Origin: Tubiluchus corallicola
Taxonomy: Eukaryota; Animalia; Priapulida
Length of the DNA stretch: 64,000 nucleotides
Direction: 5' to 3'
Assembly (NCBI GenBank): GCA_030141605.1
Contig: JAQGDQ010000005.1
Span: 1,798,180 to 1,862,179 of the forward strand
Shown here one piece after another: positions 11,162-25,501 of the stretch. The notes beneath the pieces were generated by a model. The model did no database searches. It saw only the letters and a program-made list of their open reading frames with translations, and had not been told where the DNA came from. Within the stretch, counting starts at the first letter, position 1. Every line of letters starts with the position of its first letter. A program made the translations under genes and the position numbers.

Positions 11162-13318
11162 ATGCTCTTGTACAGATCATGCTGTCGTAGAATATTAGTT
11201 CTTTGGAAGTATTTATGTGCTCCCACAATGGCTAACTGTGAAAAAAAGCAAAAGCACGTTTCGTCTGGAGCAGGCGATAAAGGTGTAGGTGCGAAAGAGA
11301 TGAATCCGTGGCCGGAATATATAAACAAGCGCTTAAGCATATTTCAAAAACTGAAAGCTCAATACGACGAAGAAGTAGCTTCAAAGGTGTCGGCAGTTAT
11401 AGAAATTTCTCTGCCCGATGGAAAGGTGGTAGAAGGCCAAGCCTGGCGAACAACTCCTTATCAAATTGCGACTAGTATAAGCCAAGGTTTAGCCGACGCT
11501 ACTGTCATAGCAAAAGTTAATGGAGTTCTATGGGATTTGGACCGACCTTTGGAGGAAAGTGGCACTTTAGAACTTCTAAAGTATGATGATGATGATGCAA
11601 AGCATGCATTTTGGCATTCTAGTGCACATATGTTAGGAGAAGCAATGGAAAGAGTATATGGAGGTTGCCTTTGTTATGGTCCACCTGTGGAAAATGGTTT
11701 TTATTATGACATGTGGCTTGGCGAAAAGAGTGTTTCAAGCGATGATTTTCCTGCTTTGGAATCGGTCATTAAAAGCATAATTAAAGAAAAACAACCTTTC
11801 CAGCGATTAGAAATTAAGAAAGAAGATCTTCTAGAAATGTTTGCTTACAATCCATTTAAAGTCAGGCTGTTGAATGAAAGAGTTAATACTCCAACCACAA
11901 CTGTGTACAGATGTGGTCCACTTATCGACTTATGTCGAGGTCCTCACGTGAGACATACCGGTAAAGTCAAGGCATTTGCAGTAACGAAAAACTCATCTAC
12001 TTATTGGGAAGGAAAAGCAGATGCAGAAAGTTTGCAGCGAATTTATGGCATTTCATTTCCAGATAACAAACAACTAAAAGAGTGGCAAAAATTCCAAGAA
12101 GAAGCAGCAAAGCGAGACCATAGAAAAATAGGTAGAGAGCAAGAACTATTCTTTTTTCACGAGTTAAGTCCTGGCAGTTGCTTTTTTATGCCTAAAGGAG
12201 CTCACATCTATAACACTTTGATGGATTTCATAAAAGAGGAATACTGGAACAGAGGGTTTCAAGAGGTTGTGACACCAAACATTTATAATAGTAAATTGTG
12301 GGAAACCAGTGGTCATTGGCAGCACTATGCTGAGCACATGTTTTCTTTTGAATCTGAAGGACAAAAATTTGCACTCAAGCCAATGAATTGTCCGGGACAT
12401 TGTTTAATGTTTGACCACAGACCGCGCTCCTGGAGAGAGCTTCCGCTTAGGTATGCAGACTTTGGGGTTCTGCATCGTAATGAGTTATCTGGTACTCTTT
12501 CTGGGCTAACTCGCGTGAGACGTTTTCAGCAGGATGACGCTCACATATTTTGTACTCAGGATCAGATAAAGGATGAAATACATGGTTGCTTGGAATTTCT
12601 GAATTACATTTATGGTGTCCTTGGATTTACTTTCAAACTCTTTTTATCCACACGTCCAGAAAAATATCTGGGGGATCCTGAGGTTTGGGTAAATGCTGAA
12701 CAACAACTAAGTGAGAGTTTGGATGCATTTGGTGTGCCGTGGAAGCTGAATGAGGGAGATGGAGCATTCTATGGTCCAAAAATTGATATCACAGTTATGG
12801 ATGCGCTACAGAGGCCTCATCAATGTGCTACAATTCAGTTGGATTTTCAATTACCTGAGAGGTTCAATTTGCACTATGACAGTGGCGAAGAGAAGAAAAG
12901 ACCTGTTATTATTCACCGAGCTATTCTTGGATCAGTTGAACGGCTGATTGCCATCATTTGTGAGAGTTATGCTGGGAAATGGCCATTTTGGTTGTCCCCC
13001 CGACAGTCAATTGTTGTGCCAGTTGGACCCATGTTTGATGAGTATGCAAAACAAGTTGCTGATCAGATTTACAAAGCTGGTTTCTTGTGTGAGCCTGACC
13101 TTGACCCGGGAACCACAATGAACAAAAAGATACGAAATGCTCAGATTGCTCAGTATAACTTCATTTTCGTAGTTGGTGAAAAAGAAAAGACGAACAAGAG
13201 CGTCAATGTCAGAACGAGAGATAACAAAGTGCACGGAGAGTTTTCTGTAGATAAGGTTATTGACAAATTTACGAAACTGAAAACCGAGAGAGTATTTAAC
13301 AGCGAAGAGGCCTTTTAA
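11162..13318 (+). CDS. TARS1: Threonine--tRNA ligase (eukaryotic cytosolic type), intronless; alternative start at 11228
   Basis: TGS domain (WDLDRPLE), editing HSSAH and DLCRGPH motifs, [52 protein letters not shown], and the anticodon-binding domain. Confidence 0.97.
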   Translation: MLLYRSCCRRILVLWKYLCAPTMANCEKKQKHVSSGAGDKGVGAKEMNPWPEYINKRLSIFQKLKAQYDEEVASKVSAVIEISLPDGKVVEGQAWRTTPYQIATSISQGLADATVIAKVNGVLWDLDRPLEESGTLELLKYDDDDAKHAFWHSSAHMLGEAMERVYGGCLCYGPPVENGFYYDMWLGEKSVSSDDFPALESVIKSIIKEKQPFQRLEIKKEDLLEMFAYNPFKVRLLNERVNTPTTTVYRCGPLIDLCRGPHVRHTGKVKAFAVTKNSSTYWEGKADAESLQRIYGISFPDNKQLKEWQKFQEEAAKRDHRKIGREQELFFFHELSPGSCFFMPKGAHIYNTLMDFIKEEYWNRGFQEVVTPNIYNSKLWETSGHWQHYAEHMFSFESEGQKFALKPMNCPGHCLMFDHRPRSWRELPLRYADFGVLHRNELSGTLSGLTRVRRFQQDDAHIFCTQDQIKDEIHGCLEFLNYIYGVLGFTFKLFLSTRPEKYLGDPEVWVNAEQQLSESLDAFGVPWKLNEGDGAFYGPKIDITVMDALQRPHQCATIQLDFQLPERFNLHYDSGEEKKRPVIIHRAILGSVERLIAIICESYAGKWPFWLSPRQSIVVPVGPMFDEYAKQVADQIYKAGFLCEPDLDPGTTMNKKIRNAQIAQYNFIFVVGEKEKTNKSVNVRTRDNKVHGEFSVDKVIDKFTKLKTERVFNSEEAF

Positions 13319-14748
13319 TGATATTTAAGCTTTAGATCAAACTTGAAACTTACATAATTAACTGATGTCTTAGGAAATTTCAAAGACTTTTTCCACAAAC
13401 TAAATACAGTAAATTGTGTATTTAATTGTGCTGTTACATTTTGCATTAAGTATGTATAAGATAAAGAAATGCATTTTAATGTTAATTAACCAGGAGTCTT
13501 ATATATCATAATATTTAATGTATTTCTGAGCAGATAATATACTTGGAAACATTTTTCTTTGCTTAAATTCCTTGTCTGTACTTAAAGTATTATTAATAGC
13601 CTCCTTTCATCTAAGTAAATATCTAGCCGAAATGTTGCTTTTCTGAAATTGAAGTTGAATTATTTATTATTGGACAATTGTGTTAAACTTAAGAAAAGTT
13701 GTTTATGGTCATATTGGTTGTTTTAACTTGTATACTAGATTCATACTTTTGTATTATGCATTTGCAAGTTTTCTAAATGAAAATGGAACGTCTCTTGAGT
13801 ATTTAAAAGGCAAAAAACAATTTTTAAATCTATGATAATGTTCATTGAATATGCCACCTTTTTTGTTTATTGCTAATAACTTGCAATATTTTTAATTAAC
13901 TGTTGTAGGTTAGGTGCTGGATTAATCTTATTTATGAAAAGGCAACTAGATATCACAAACACAAGTGGATATGATAATAAAATTGCCTTACAGAACTTCT
14001 TGTTTGTAGAATCATTTTGGTGAATTTTTCTGGCGTGTTTCAGTTTCTTGCATATGTTATACTAGCTTTTGCTTTCAGCTCTTTTCTACTCGTTCTTTCC
14101 ATCTATGTCACAATTTTTGTTTTCCTCACTGTTTTCCATTCTTCCACTTCATTTATTTGACCTGTCATCTTGCAGTTCTGAAATCTCATCTTCATTTAAA
14201 CTTGGCCTACAGTGATTTATTAAGAACGGTTAAAAATTGAAAAAACAACAAATGCTAATTTGATATTCGTTTGAATTGTTTTTTATTTGGAAATATTTGA
14301 CAAACAGCAATGTAAATGGTGACATATTACATCATTAATTAGAAAAGTATATAGTTGCACAGTATTAATTTGGCATAATAAATCTTGTGTACATATTTAT
14401 GTTTAAGATATGCATCAGTTTCATTCTGTATCAACTTGCAATTACACCTGCATTATCTTTATGTGTCTAAAAGGGGCTAATTTCAACTTAAACGGGCATA
14501 TATTTACTCAAACTCAAATTATACTCATTTTATTTATATGGTCATTGGGATAGTGTGTGTTAGCCTGTTAGATAATAATAATACACTTTCGATGCACAAT
14601 ATTCATATTTCGTGATAATTAAATAAGTCTTATGATTTTTACTACACAATATTTACTGCATGCTTTACAATAGGTAAACAGTAAGTTTAAGCACCAGTGA
14701 ACAATATTTGGAGCTCCAACGAATTATGATCTTGCAGCCAATTGTAAC

Positions 14749-17700
14749 TTACACAAAAAGTTTTGTTAATGCTGTGCAGATTGCTAGTAAGCCTAATGAA
14801 AGAAAGAAGTGGCCTCCAGTACCCTTCTGGCAAGGAGGCAGATAATCAACACGGTCCTGATTCTTGTGTGCGTATATTGTAGCCTTTCCACGGGGAATAA
14901 CAAGAGGAACATAAAGCTGCAACTCATAATTGGGATCTTTTTCAGAATCATAACATTCTGGATTTGTCCATACCTATAATAGAAGTGATAATAATTTGCA
15001 TATATATATGGCTGTGTACATGTCTTATAAAATAAGAAAAGACTGAGTAAGAAGCTTTTCAAGTTCTACATGTATAAATTTTTTTATTATAGTGTAGTAT
15101 CTTAATGGCTTATGGTTAAGTTACATTAAATTTTATTCATTTTCTGTTCAACAAATAGGACATTTTGCAAATATGGCTGAAATATAACTATGGCACTTTG
15201 CTTTAGGCAATGAATTGTGCATTAATTAAATGTACCTGTAGAAAAAATCTGTCATTTGCGCTCATGGTATGTTGAGTCAGGGTGATGATCACATATTCAT
15301 CTGTGATGTCCATATCCATTTGGTGGCCCAGGTAATTTAATCCTATAATACTCCAGCGCTCAGCGTCTTTGGGTATATATGGGTCAATATCCATCTGAAA
15401 TCATTATAATACAGGTGATTTCACGTTCGGAGTTCTGGGAGTTGATGTTGTAACAGCCTACGTGCATACGATTTTACTATTGTTGATTGTTAAAACGGCC
15501 CTGGACACTTCACTGACTTCATTCGCAAGATGCAGAGATTATAGAACTTGCTACTTGAACTTACCTGATGCATGCGAACTCTCATGCCAGCATAACCAAA
15601 CACAACAGCTTGTAATAACCCACCAGCACCAGTTATGAAGTTGGTGCATCGCATTCCTTGCTCATTTTCATCTGGCTTCTCACTAAATACCTGCGTGAAA
15701 AAAATCAGTATTCGTACCTTTCGGGCACTCCCACGCTAAATAGATTAGTTACAGTAAATGGAAGTGTAACATTAAACAATGCACAAAATTTAATGAAACG
15801 TTTTATTGATGATTTGTTCGACGTTAGTGGTAAAATTATTGTTTCTAGTAACTAAAGTAGCTCGTGTGCCGTACAGTCTGTGCCCAGTCGACTTTACATG
15901 TTTCCCCACTTCTTGCATACCTTGGTTTGGCCTTAAGATTTTTATTGAATTTATGACACTCATAATAGGCAAATAATTTTCATTGTTTACTCATTGTATA
16001 ATTTATGTCATGATTCCCATTTTCTTTAGTTCACCCTGTTTAATTAAGAAGCATTTGTGTTTTGAGATTGAATCAGCTAGAATTGCCTGCTGTGTCACAT
16101 TTCTATAAAATCAGGTGACATGATCGCTGAAACAAGGCAAACGGTGCATGGCTTTCACGGTGGTGCTTGCCTACCTTGAATGGTCCATTGATATTTCGGA
16201 ACATTGTTTTAAATGTTGCATTAGCCCTGTCCTCATTTCCCAGCTCTAGCCATCCCACGGTGTGCATACTCCAGGTACCTGTGTCAGGCCCAAACGAATC
16301 CGTCACCTGCATTAATTACCATAGCTTTAATTTGCAACAAATGCAGAATGCTTCCTTAAATAACATTTTCATTTTCAAGCATTTTTGCATGCTCTACTTG
16401 GTTAATTTTGTAACTACTTTGTGCCTAGCGTTTCAGTTACCTGTATATATGACAAAAAAATTTAAAATTTAATGATATGTAGTATCTGGTACAGACCGAT
16501 GTATATGTGTACACCACTTTATATAGCATATCAAACTTTAACACACGCCTTCATAAAATGTGACCCTTCATAAAATATTTTATCAAAATAGCCGTCACCA
16601 AAATGAGAAATTTTGTGCAAGCCATTGACGAAGAATTAATGATTATACTATGTCTAATGAGCAGAAGCGATAACCATGATTAAAGGTGACTCTCAGTTCA
16701 GGGTCTCACATTTAAAAGAACTTTGCTTAATTTCTATATCTAAAACGTATAAAGTGTTCCTGATTGATTCTTAGGTAACGCCTTAGAACAAAATTGTTCC
16801 TCATTTGAACATTTCGTTAGCTCTAATTACTTCATTCAATACTAAACGTGCTAGAACCTACATAATTATGATTTCGTACCTGCCTAGTTCATGGGAATCT
16901 CTTAATGCGACTTACAAAGAAAAAATATTAGTTTTCACGCACATTCTCGTGTACTCACTTCTTCATATATTTCTAGATCATTCTGTCGAACTTGTGGCGT
17001 CATTGGCTTCATCAGTGGATATCCTAGTAGAACGGCGTCCGACTGTTTGATTTCCGCATCTAAAATGCATCCAATTGATTCTGATTGACAGTTAGATCAC
17101 CATCGAGAGCAAAAAGTAAAAGATAGTTTCTGCTCTTGGATATCTTCTTTGCTCTTATATTACTTTATACAAGCATTCAACAAAAGCCATGAACGAGGTA
17201 CAACTGATACGAAGTATTATCTTTGTTATTGATGAAGGACGTTTGCATTCTCATTCGCACAGCTCCAAAATTTTTAATGTAATACAGTGTCATCATGAGT
17301 TGTTTTACCTACAGATGTCAACAGTACTACTAGTGGATCGTAGGCACCAATACTTTTAGAAATTACTTTTAGAATCATGGATTATCGCGCAGTGTTCTTT
17401 AATAAATAAGATTACCTTAATAACAGTAACCAACAGTTATCAATTTCTTAATAGATTTTACAAATATTAGTAGGACTAAATATATGCTTTGTTATTCTCA
17501 TATTACCAGTAGGTCTATTGTCAAAGAGTAAATGTCTGAAGGGCAATGATAAATGTTTCACGATATGTTCATATTAAAGCCTTTACGCAGCCTATAGACG
17601 TTTTGGTGCCGGACCTACATGTAACACCGCGATAACTGGAAATTTAATGATCTCAAAAGTTTTAAAAACAATAATAAAAATTTAATATTACCGTCAGGAT

Positions 17701-20700
17701 CGAAGCCTTCAAATTGTGGATGATACTGGCGCTCTTCATCAAACGGCATGAACATGTTGTCTGCAATTTCTTCAAAATCTTCAATTTCGCTTCTTAATAA
17801 CATGAGTAGGTGTTTTAGTTGATTAGTTCTAATTATTTCTTTGTAGGCCTTTAGCAAATACTCATTAAAACTGAATTAGTGCCAACTATGGTCACTATCA
17901 TACTTTTGGTGTTTGCAAAAACCTAGTATTGGCCGAGAATTTATTAACCAATTATAATTAATTAACCTCTCCATTGCTCAGTTGACTATTCGTTATGCGC
18001 AGGCCTACACATTTCGTGGAAGCATATAACGCGCGTTGGATCTGCTCGTCAAAAATTGTATACTATGACAAGTAACATTACAAAGATTCCAAAATAACCG
18101 CAGACCAAATTCCTTCCGTAAAAAGACAGACAAAAGCTTAGGCATCTCCATAATGGTCTATATAATTTTTTGTTCTAGTCAGGCAAACACCGAACGTTAT
18201 GTATTAGTTTTGTCTACGTAAGCTAATTCATTTAGTACAAGATCAGGACTATAAGTTATGCTAGTGCAATTTTTTTAGAATCATAATATTGAATGCAGTT
18301 TTTTGAAATAACTGATAACATACCTGGAAATGCTGGCAAGGTCACTCACATCTTTTGGAAGCTTCAATGACAGCCTAGCGTTATAGTTAGTAAAGACTGA
18401 ATTATTCACATTATAATGGTATTCATCTGGTCCCATAACCCCTGGAAGCAGAATGGAAATTTTTGGCCTTTGATGTAAAAACGTGTTCATGTGACAACCA
18501 GTCGTCACAGCGTCTTATTTTCACACATTTTATGCGGATTCAAACAATCTGATGAACTGACAAGTATAGGTCCACTGCTCAACTTATTTAATATTCACTC
18601 ATTTAATAATCTGTGAAGGCCTATTTTTCGCTTCACTCATTTGGAAGCCCACCTTCTGCATTTTAGTTAGTGCATACGGGCGATATACATAAAATCTATT
18701 GAAAGTGAGAGTAGCATTTCATACTGTCACGTTAATTTTGTGAGACTTTAATGATGTACGCATTCGAAAAGCGCGCGGAAGCTGGGTCCACCGTCCAAAA
18801 TGTACAAAACCTGTACGACATTTGTTTGTTATTGTTGTCAAGAAAAAGCTATGGAATTGTATGTGCTCTCAATGCTCTATCACTAAAATACAGGCAGTCA
18901 GCATTACATCATTATAATCAACTTTTTTAAGCACTTGCATGCCGAATTATACACGTCCATTCAAATTGAAATGTCGTATCATGCGCTTACCAATAATCTC
19001 ATATCCTCTGTTTGTTTGTACCGAACGACTTTGCCAAAATCTGGCAATATCAGTGACCAGATTTCCGACTTGCCCCCACAGAATGTTTTCATCTCCAGTG
19101 GCATAAAGGTACTGTCTGATGGAATATGACACATCTGCTGTGACATGAACTTGATACTCGCTGGCAAGATCCCATGGGCAAGTTTCAATGCCTACAACGA
19201 GAAAAATGACTGCAGTCGAAATGGACAAGTTAGTTAAATTATTCACCAATGGCTATTATATTGAAACCTTAATAAACGAAATATAATGATGGTTTTAGAA
19301 ACTACAAATATAACGATTACAAACATAATAAATGCAGTGTTGTTAATTAAAGTTTGAGCAGAAAAAAACTTTGGTTCAATAACGAAGAGAACTTAGCAAA
19401 TCATTTAGTTACTTCATAAGTCATCATTAAGTAAACCTGACATAGTAACGACGCTATTGAACGTCTATATTTTTGGGACTACTTAGCCGACCATTCTATC
19501 AATCAATCGGCCGGCCGACCAATCGATCACCAGACAGGCTATCCAGCAAACCATCCAATCAACCAGCTAACTAGATACTTCATAACCCATTAAGTAAATA
19601 TTTCATAATAAAGACACAATTGCACGACCATTCTACCAATCAACAGGCCGACCGATTGAGCAACCAACCAACCGACTACCCAATTAACCAAACCAAAGAA
19701 CCACCAATTGCCAATCCACAACATCAAGAACCAATAATTTATCCAACGAGCAGTAGCTTAGTGAAAAGTGTGACAAGCAAAAAAGTATTACCGGTTACTG
19801 CTTGCTCCCAAGGATAGCGAACTCCCGTATAGCCAGTGTTAATCGCATGCTGAAGAACCACGTTTCGCACTCTGGCTCTAGACTCAATCATTATTTCGGC
19901 TGCTTCTGGATGCAACATCATAATAGGTGGCATTATCCAGGTGTCCATGTCCCAAAACACATGTCCAGCGTAGTCATTATAAGCGCCACCAAAATAAGTT
20001 GTATTAATTTTTCCCCCTCGAGACAAGCCACCTGTACAATTTTTACGCATATTATAATGTCCAGTATAATTTAATGAAAACTGTGATTAAAAGCAATGTA
20101 GATTTCAACTTAAATGCAGTAGCTCTTACGACGTAAGCTCGTGCACTCCACGGTGGCTTTACATCTTAGGTTTGGATTGAGTGTTTAGGGTGCATTCACA
20201 TACAATTTTGTGGATCAATCTTAGGAAAAACCTCCACATTGGATATAGTTTAAATTATTTACACTGATATAAGGTAAACTGAGAAGATCAGTCGCAACTT
20301 CCAAAGGTTACTTAGTCAAACAACCCACAATGCAAAACACAAAGTTTAATTTGGCAGATTAAAATAGTTGCATTGTAGCATGATGTAGTTAGTATAGAAT
20401 AGCATAGTATGGAAACCGGGCTCGGCAAATCAGCATTTCACTCAGTTAGCAGAAAAGATAGGCTTACCTGGGCTTAGTCCGATGAAGGGATTAATTGGGT
20501 CACTGACAAGTGGAGTAGAGCACATAATGTAATATTGAGCAGCACATATAGTAGAAGCCACGTCATCGTTTCCCTCCACCTAAAGACATACAAGAGACTA
20601 CTCGTGTGAGCCTATATATTGGCAGTCTTTGTAATACAGTGGTCACAATGAACTACATAGTATACCAAGTTTTTTACATGTAGTTACAAGTATAAGATTT

Positions 20701-23700
20701 GTCATTGAAAACATTTCATTTGCGTTTTTCTAGAAACAAATATGAACAATCTAGTGTAGAAAAAGATTGTTTTATTAAATTTGCTAACAATATTTGTGAA
20801 ATCTAATGTTGTTGCAGAGTTTATTTTACGTACAAGCAAACTTTGCATATAAGTAAAAAAGTGGAAATACGACACACTAGTGACAATCTTCATCTCTCCC
20901 AAAATCCTCAGCTGTCCAGTTACTGTAAAACGTTCTCAAGATTATGTGTGTTATCTGGCATGTGGTCTGTGGCGGAGGACTATACAGAACTGTACTACCG
21001 TTGCAGGCTAATACTACAAGTAACAGACTTGTGGACTATCCGCAATATGTGGCGGAGAGGTATTTATTGATATGCTGGAAATGTTCTGCAGTTTACAGGC
21101 TTATACTACAGGTAACAACAGTACCTGGATGCTGCCACGATTCCAAATATCTTCCCATGCAGCTGTGTGGGAGCTGAGCAAGGTGGGATTAAATCTGGCT
21201 GCATCGTACGCGTTTCTTGCATCTTGTTGGTCTATACTCGCGGCTGTAATGAATTGCCACGTGGCACTTGAACTATAATCAGGTAACTCAATGGTTGTGT
21301 TTACCGCAGTCCAATATATAAAAACTTTCGTCGTTGAACTAAAGTCTGCCTCTGCTTCAAGAGTTTCACCTATTGTTAGCCTGGAAGAATGTAAAAAAGA
21401 AGCAAATTTAATGAATGACTTGCATATAATGAAGCAAGAGTTAGGTAACAGGTGCAGTGGAACAAATGACTGAGGTTTTGGTAACAGTTAAAATGAGTAC
21501 AAAGTCTGGTTTATCTAATGTGATCTGTCTGTGTGCTCTTTAGTAGACGCGCACCATATCTGAATAGCCTGAATATTCCACCGTGGTAAAGCACATTACG
21601 AACATTGAGCATCAATAATTTGTTTTCAAAATTGTTCGGCTTATTCATGAACTTTTGATCGTGCTATCATAAATGAAAACTACTATTTATAAGACGATTA
21701 TTCCCACGGTAGCCTTACCAAGTGTTTGAATCGTAGGCGTACTCGGTGAAGGAAAAATCAGGATTTTCTTCCAAACTGTCTCTATCAAGTTCCACGTCAA
21801 TGTTGATGTACGTGCCTTCTTTCTTGCGTGAGGCCAGTAAATCCACTATCAGTAGCCTGGTAAAAATTCTGTGTGCAAAATAGGTCAACTGAACTACGCA
21901 CTCGTCGTTTTCGATTGTTTCAATAAATACTCCTGCAAAGTATTACTGATTGTAATTTATCATAGAAAAGGGAATGGTAATACTACTAATAAACTGATAC
22001 ACGAATCTATGACTAGCACAATTATTTTCACTGACATGCCTCTTTTGGGGCGTTTTCTTATTTCTAAAACGAATGTTTCTACGCAAATTCACATATTTAT
22101 TAAAAACTGTATGGCAATTCATTGTTTATAACCTGATGGAATAAACCCATTTTAAATTTTTAAATCAACTGATCAAAAGTCGAAAATTTGAAACAGGCAG
22201 GAGTGAAATTGAATTTAAAGAAATGACTTTTGATTGCAATTCCTAGGCTAGGGTCATTAGGCACATACAAAAGGCAGATCAATTGAACTAGTTAGTGAAT
22301 CATTAGGGTTGATTTAAGGCCTGCCTTCATTATAAGTAGCTACTTGGTTTATTAATGAGTGCCTAGTTTGAGACGCCAAAAGTGAATTTACCTTTTTTCA
22401 TGTTTAACGCATATGTGGCGGTTTCTTTCCCTCCTGGCAAATTTACACGTAATTTGGCTGTTGATGGTATCATCGCGCGATGGCTGTCGGATCCATTGCC
22501 ATTAAATACTGCATTCAAATACAAGACAGAACTTTTAGCGTTAGTCGCCAAGTGACCATTTCCGATTGCTGGCAAAAGTTTTTCCTCTGTCGGCAAACTG
22601 AAAACATAAAATGCAAACACACACTTTGAGCAACATTTTTTGCATTATTAATTTCACAGCAGCAAAATAACGTTTTTAAAGACAAATTTGCCAACACAAA
22701 GCATCTTTTTGTACATTTCCATTGCTGCATTGTTATGAGCGCACAGTTTATATATATATATATATATATATGCTTTTCAGCTTGCAATTACGACTTTTAT
22801 CATATAAAATATCAAGTCAGTTAAACTAAACAAAACAATGATATGTTAAGTAACACGAAGTTTTCTACACACATACAAAATTTTTTGTAAAAAAATGAAT
22901 GAGTTTGCAGATCGAGACCGGTCCAGCGTTGTTTAACTTTAGCCGTCAAAGAAACTTATAATTAAAATTAACTAATAACAGTTAAAAAGCCTTGAGATTA
23001 GACGCGAGCCTTGTCATTAAGATAGACAACTAAATCAATTTGAAGCAGTATTGTGTCACAACCACTGGACTGATGGGAAAGTGCTGCTTCAAAGGATTAC
23101 CGAACTTTTCTAGATATGCACAACGCTGTGACAACCTCACGCATGAAACATCAGTATTTTTTCACAAGCAAAAAAATTAACAAGGCAAAGAGCGAAATGT
23201 GATTTTGTTCGCTTACTTAATTTTCAATTGATAACTAGTGATACTTTAGGTGCCTTGTAGGAAAAGATAGCACCCAGAAAACACAATGATATCCATTGGA
23301 AATTCACTAACACAATTCCGACAGCTGGAGCTTCGTTAATCTTGTCAAGTTAGGCGTCACACTATACCAGACTCCAGGTATCAGGTAGAACCTTTTTTGT
23401 TTTATGTATAAACGAGTCACAAATGAGTGAGTTTTTTAGTTCTATATTATTTTTGTACAATTAGGCATACTGCAAGCCGGAATTCAGCATTTAACGGCAA
23501 AGTCTACTCGTACTATTCAACTATTCAGCAGGATATTTTATGGTAGCCGGTATTACCTACTTGTGGGCCCTAGCCAAACGTACTTATAGTGCAGAGTCCC
23601 CATACTCCGGCACCCTATATTTATTGTACAGGGGTCCTTATGGTTTTGAATATATCATATCATGGAATACTCGGTGTACACTTGAAACAAAGTTATACGC

Positions 23701-24431
23701 TGGCACGCTGCACGACAAATTAGTTTCAATGAACCCCCAAATACCCTTGGGCGCTAGGCCAATAGTCTACAATGCCTATTGGTAAATCCGGAACTGGCAG
23801 AAGTGTAAGGTCCAAGTGGTCAATTTTGTTTCACGTTGTCGTCGTGGTTGAAATCGTCGTCTTTGCTATGGATACAATTAAAAATGAAACCGCACACAGA
23901 GGTGGATTTGGCACGAATGTGTCAAAGCTGTCTAGATTCTCTAAAAGTGACAAGAACTTCCCACCACGGTTTCCTTTCCTTCATAGAGCTACCAGGAAGA
24001 ATTACCCCCAATGAATAGTTAGTTGGTCAAGGACATGCCAAACGTAACCAACATACTTAACCGGTTTTACGCAATGTTAAATGTATTTACAAAGCTTCAC
24101 AGCCTACAAGACCTTTAGCAAAAACCTCTCAGTGTTTTACGAAACGTTTGTTTTATTCTTGGGTGGGATTAAAATACATTCGGAGGTTCCAGCGTTCAAA
24201 ACGACGTCATCTGTATAGGAAAACAAAAATTAACCTGATTAAGTGCGGTCCGTAGCGCAACCCATTTTTTGCTTAATCTAGGCCAGTTATCTTCCCATCG
24301 TGAGCTTATGACATTAATAAACCTCTACTGTTATGATTGTGGATAAGATTACTCCACTATTAATAACGGTGCAAAATGTCTGTACATATGAATCTATGTG
24401 CATATGTGCCCATGCTAAATTTCGACGACCG

Positions 24432-24516
<85 letters not shown>

Positions 24517-25501
24517 GGGAGAGAGATTTGGTTCTTTGATTTGAATCTTTATTTCAAACATATAAAAATTTGTTACTCACAATATTTGCAACACGTATTA
24601 CAAAAACAAAATATAAACTACACTTAAATTTAGTTAATAAATTACAATATGTAGTAATATGCAGTATAACTGGGTGTACTGTGTGTAATATGTCAATATG
24701 TAGTATTAAGGGTATAATTACTGACCTTTTTAAAAACCCTTTTTAAAAACACAATTTCTATGATATTTTACCAGCAATTTTGTGGACATGTTTGTTCCAA
24801 TTTAAATTGTAGATATTTCATTTTTACATTTTGCGCATGTGCATTTATTGTCCTTCGGCACAGTGACCAAACCATGAGCCAAGGGTCAAATGTACTGACC
24901 AAACTTATTGTGGATTTTCTAATTTTGTAAGCAAATGTGACATGTTTAGTTAGTGGTATTGGTCTGAGTAGATGCTAACAAACACAGCTGACTGCAGATA
25001 TAATAAAAGTATTGTTAGTGAAACGCTTAAATGATCTTTTCTTCTTGTTTAGCCGCTCAAATTTCATTTTCTTTTTCGTCATTCATTCTTATAACTCTAG
25101 TTTTTTTCTTTTTGGTGTGGTAGAGGAAGTATTTCTAACTGGCCGAGATCTTGTTGGTTTATGAGACAGTAATCAGCATAAGTTTATTTGTTCTTAGGCA
25201 GTATCCAATTTCCATGATAGCATTATAAACACTAAGGGCAAATATATTCAATGGATTAATCATTAAGCCTATTCGAGTCACTGCGGGCGAGGTATACATT
25301 TTTTAGTTTGTTAACTTCATTAACATTATATACCGTTCATTATATACAGTCATTAGTCCAGTGCACTTGTACTGTTTTGAAGTTTAAATAAAACAAAAAA
25401 ATTAATTGCTATCGAACTTACCTATCTGTTTCTAATAGCCATGGATCAGCGCTGATTGCTGCTGCTATACAGAAAACACTCAATATGTGCAACCAGTACA
25501 T
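14749..25501 (-). CDS. PGGHG: GH65 protein-glucosylgalactosylhydroxylysine glucosidase-like (PGGHG/ATHL1), 14 exons, about 756 aa, with signal peptide and hydrophobic C-tail
   Basis: Phase-consistent exons (-): 25422-25501, 22392-22597, 21719-21932, 21125-21380, 20468-20579, 19792-20031, 18991-19191, 18324-18441, 17692-17792, 16959-17059, 16175-16306, 15565-15690, 15236-15394, 14749-14973 (2271 nt). GH65 motifs GLSPGGLS, YAGHVFWDMDTW, YPWEQA, VMGPDEY, IKQSDAVLLGYPL and NFITGAGGLLQAVVFGYAG. Confidence 0.88.
19495..19745. repeat. Degenerate (CCAA/TCAA)n low-complexity repeat in PGGHG intron
   Basis: Runs such as caatcaatc, ccaaccaaccgac and aaccaaaccaaa. Confidence 0.5.
24431..24526. repeat. 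(GA)n microsatellite
   Basis: About 95 bp of near-perfect GA; explains the spurious ERERER ORFs. Confidence 0.95.

Noticed and set aside
13985-14205. Purine-rich exon-like segment on the - strand bounded by AG/GT
   Set aside because: Multiple stops in the frame examined and no recognisable protein; probably a decayed relic.
23100-24020. Candidate first exons for PGGHG
   Set aside because: They contain stops or lack similarity. The exon at 25422-25501 gives the right phase, a signal peptide and ADPWLLETDSLP continuity.
24333-24627. ERERER ORFs
   Set aside because: Translations of the (GA)n microsatellite.
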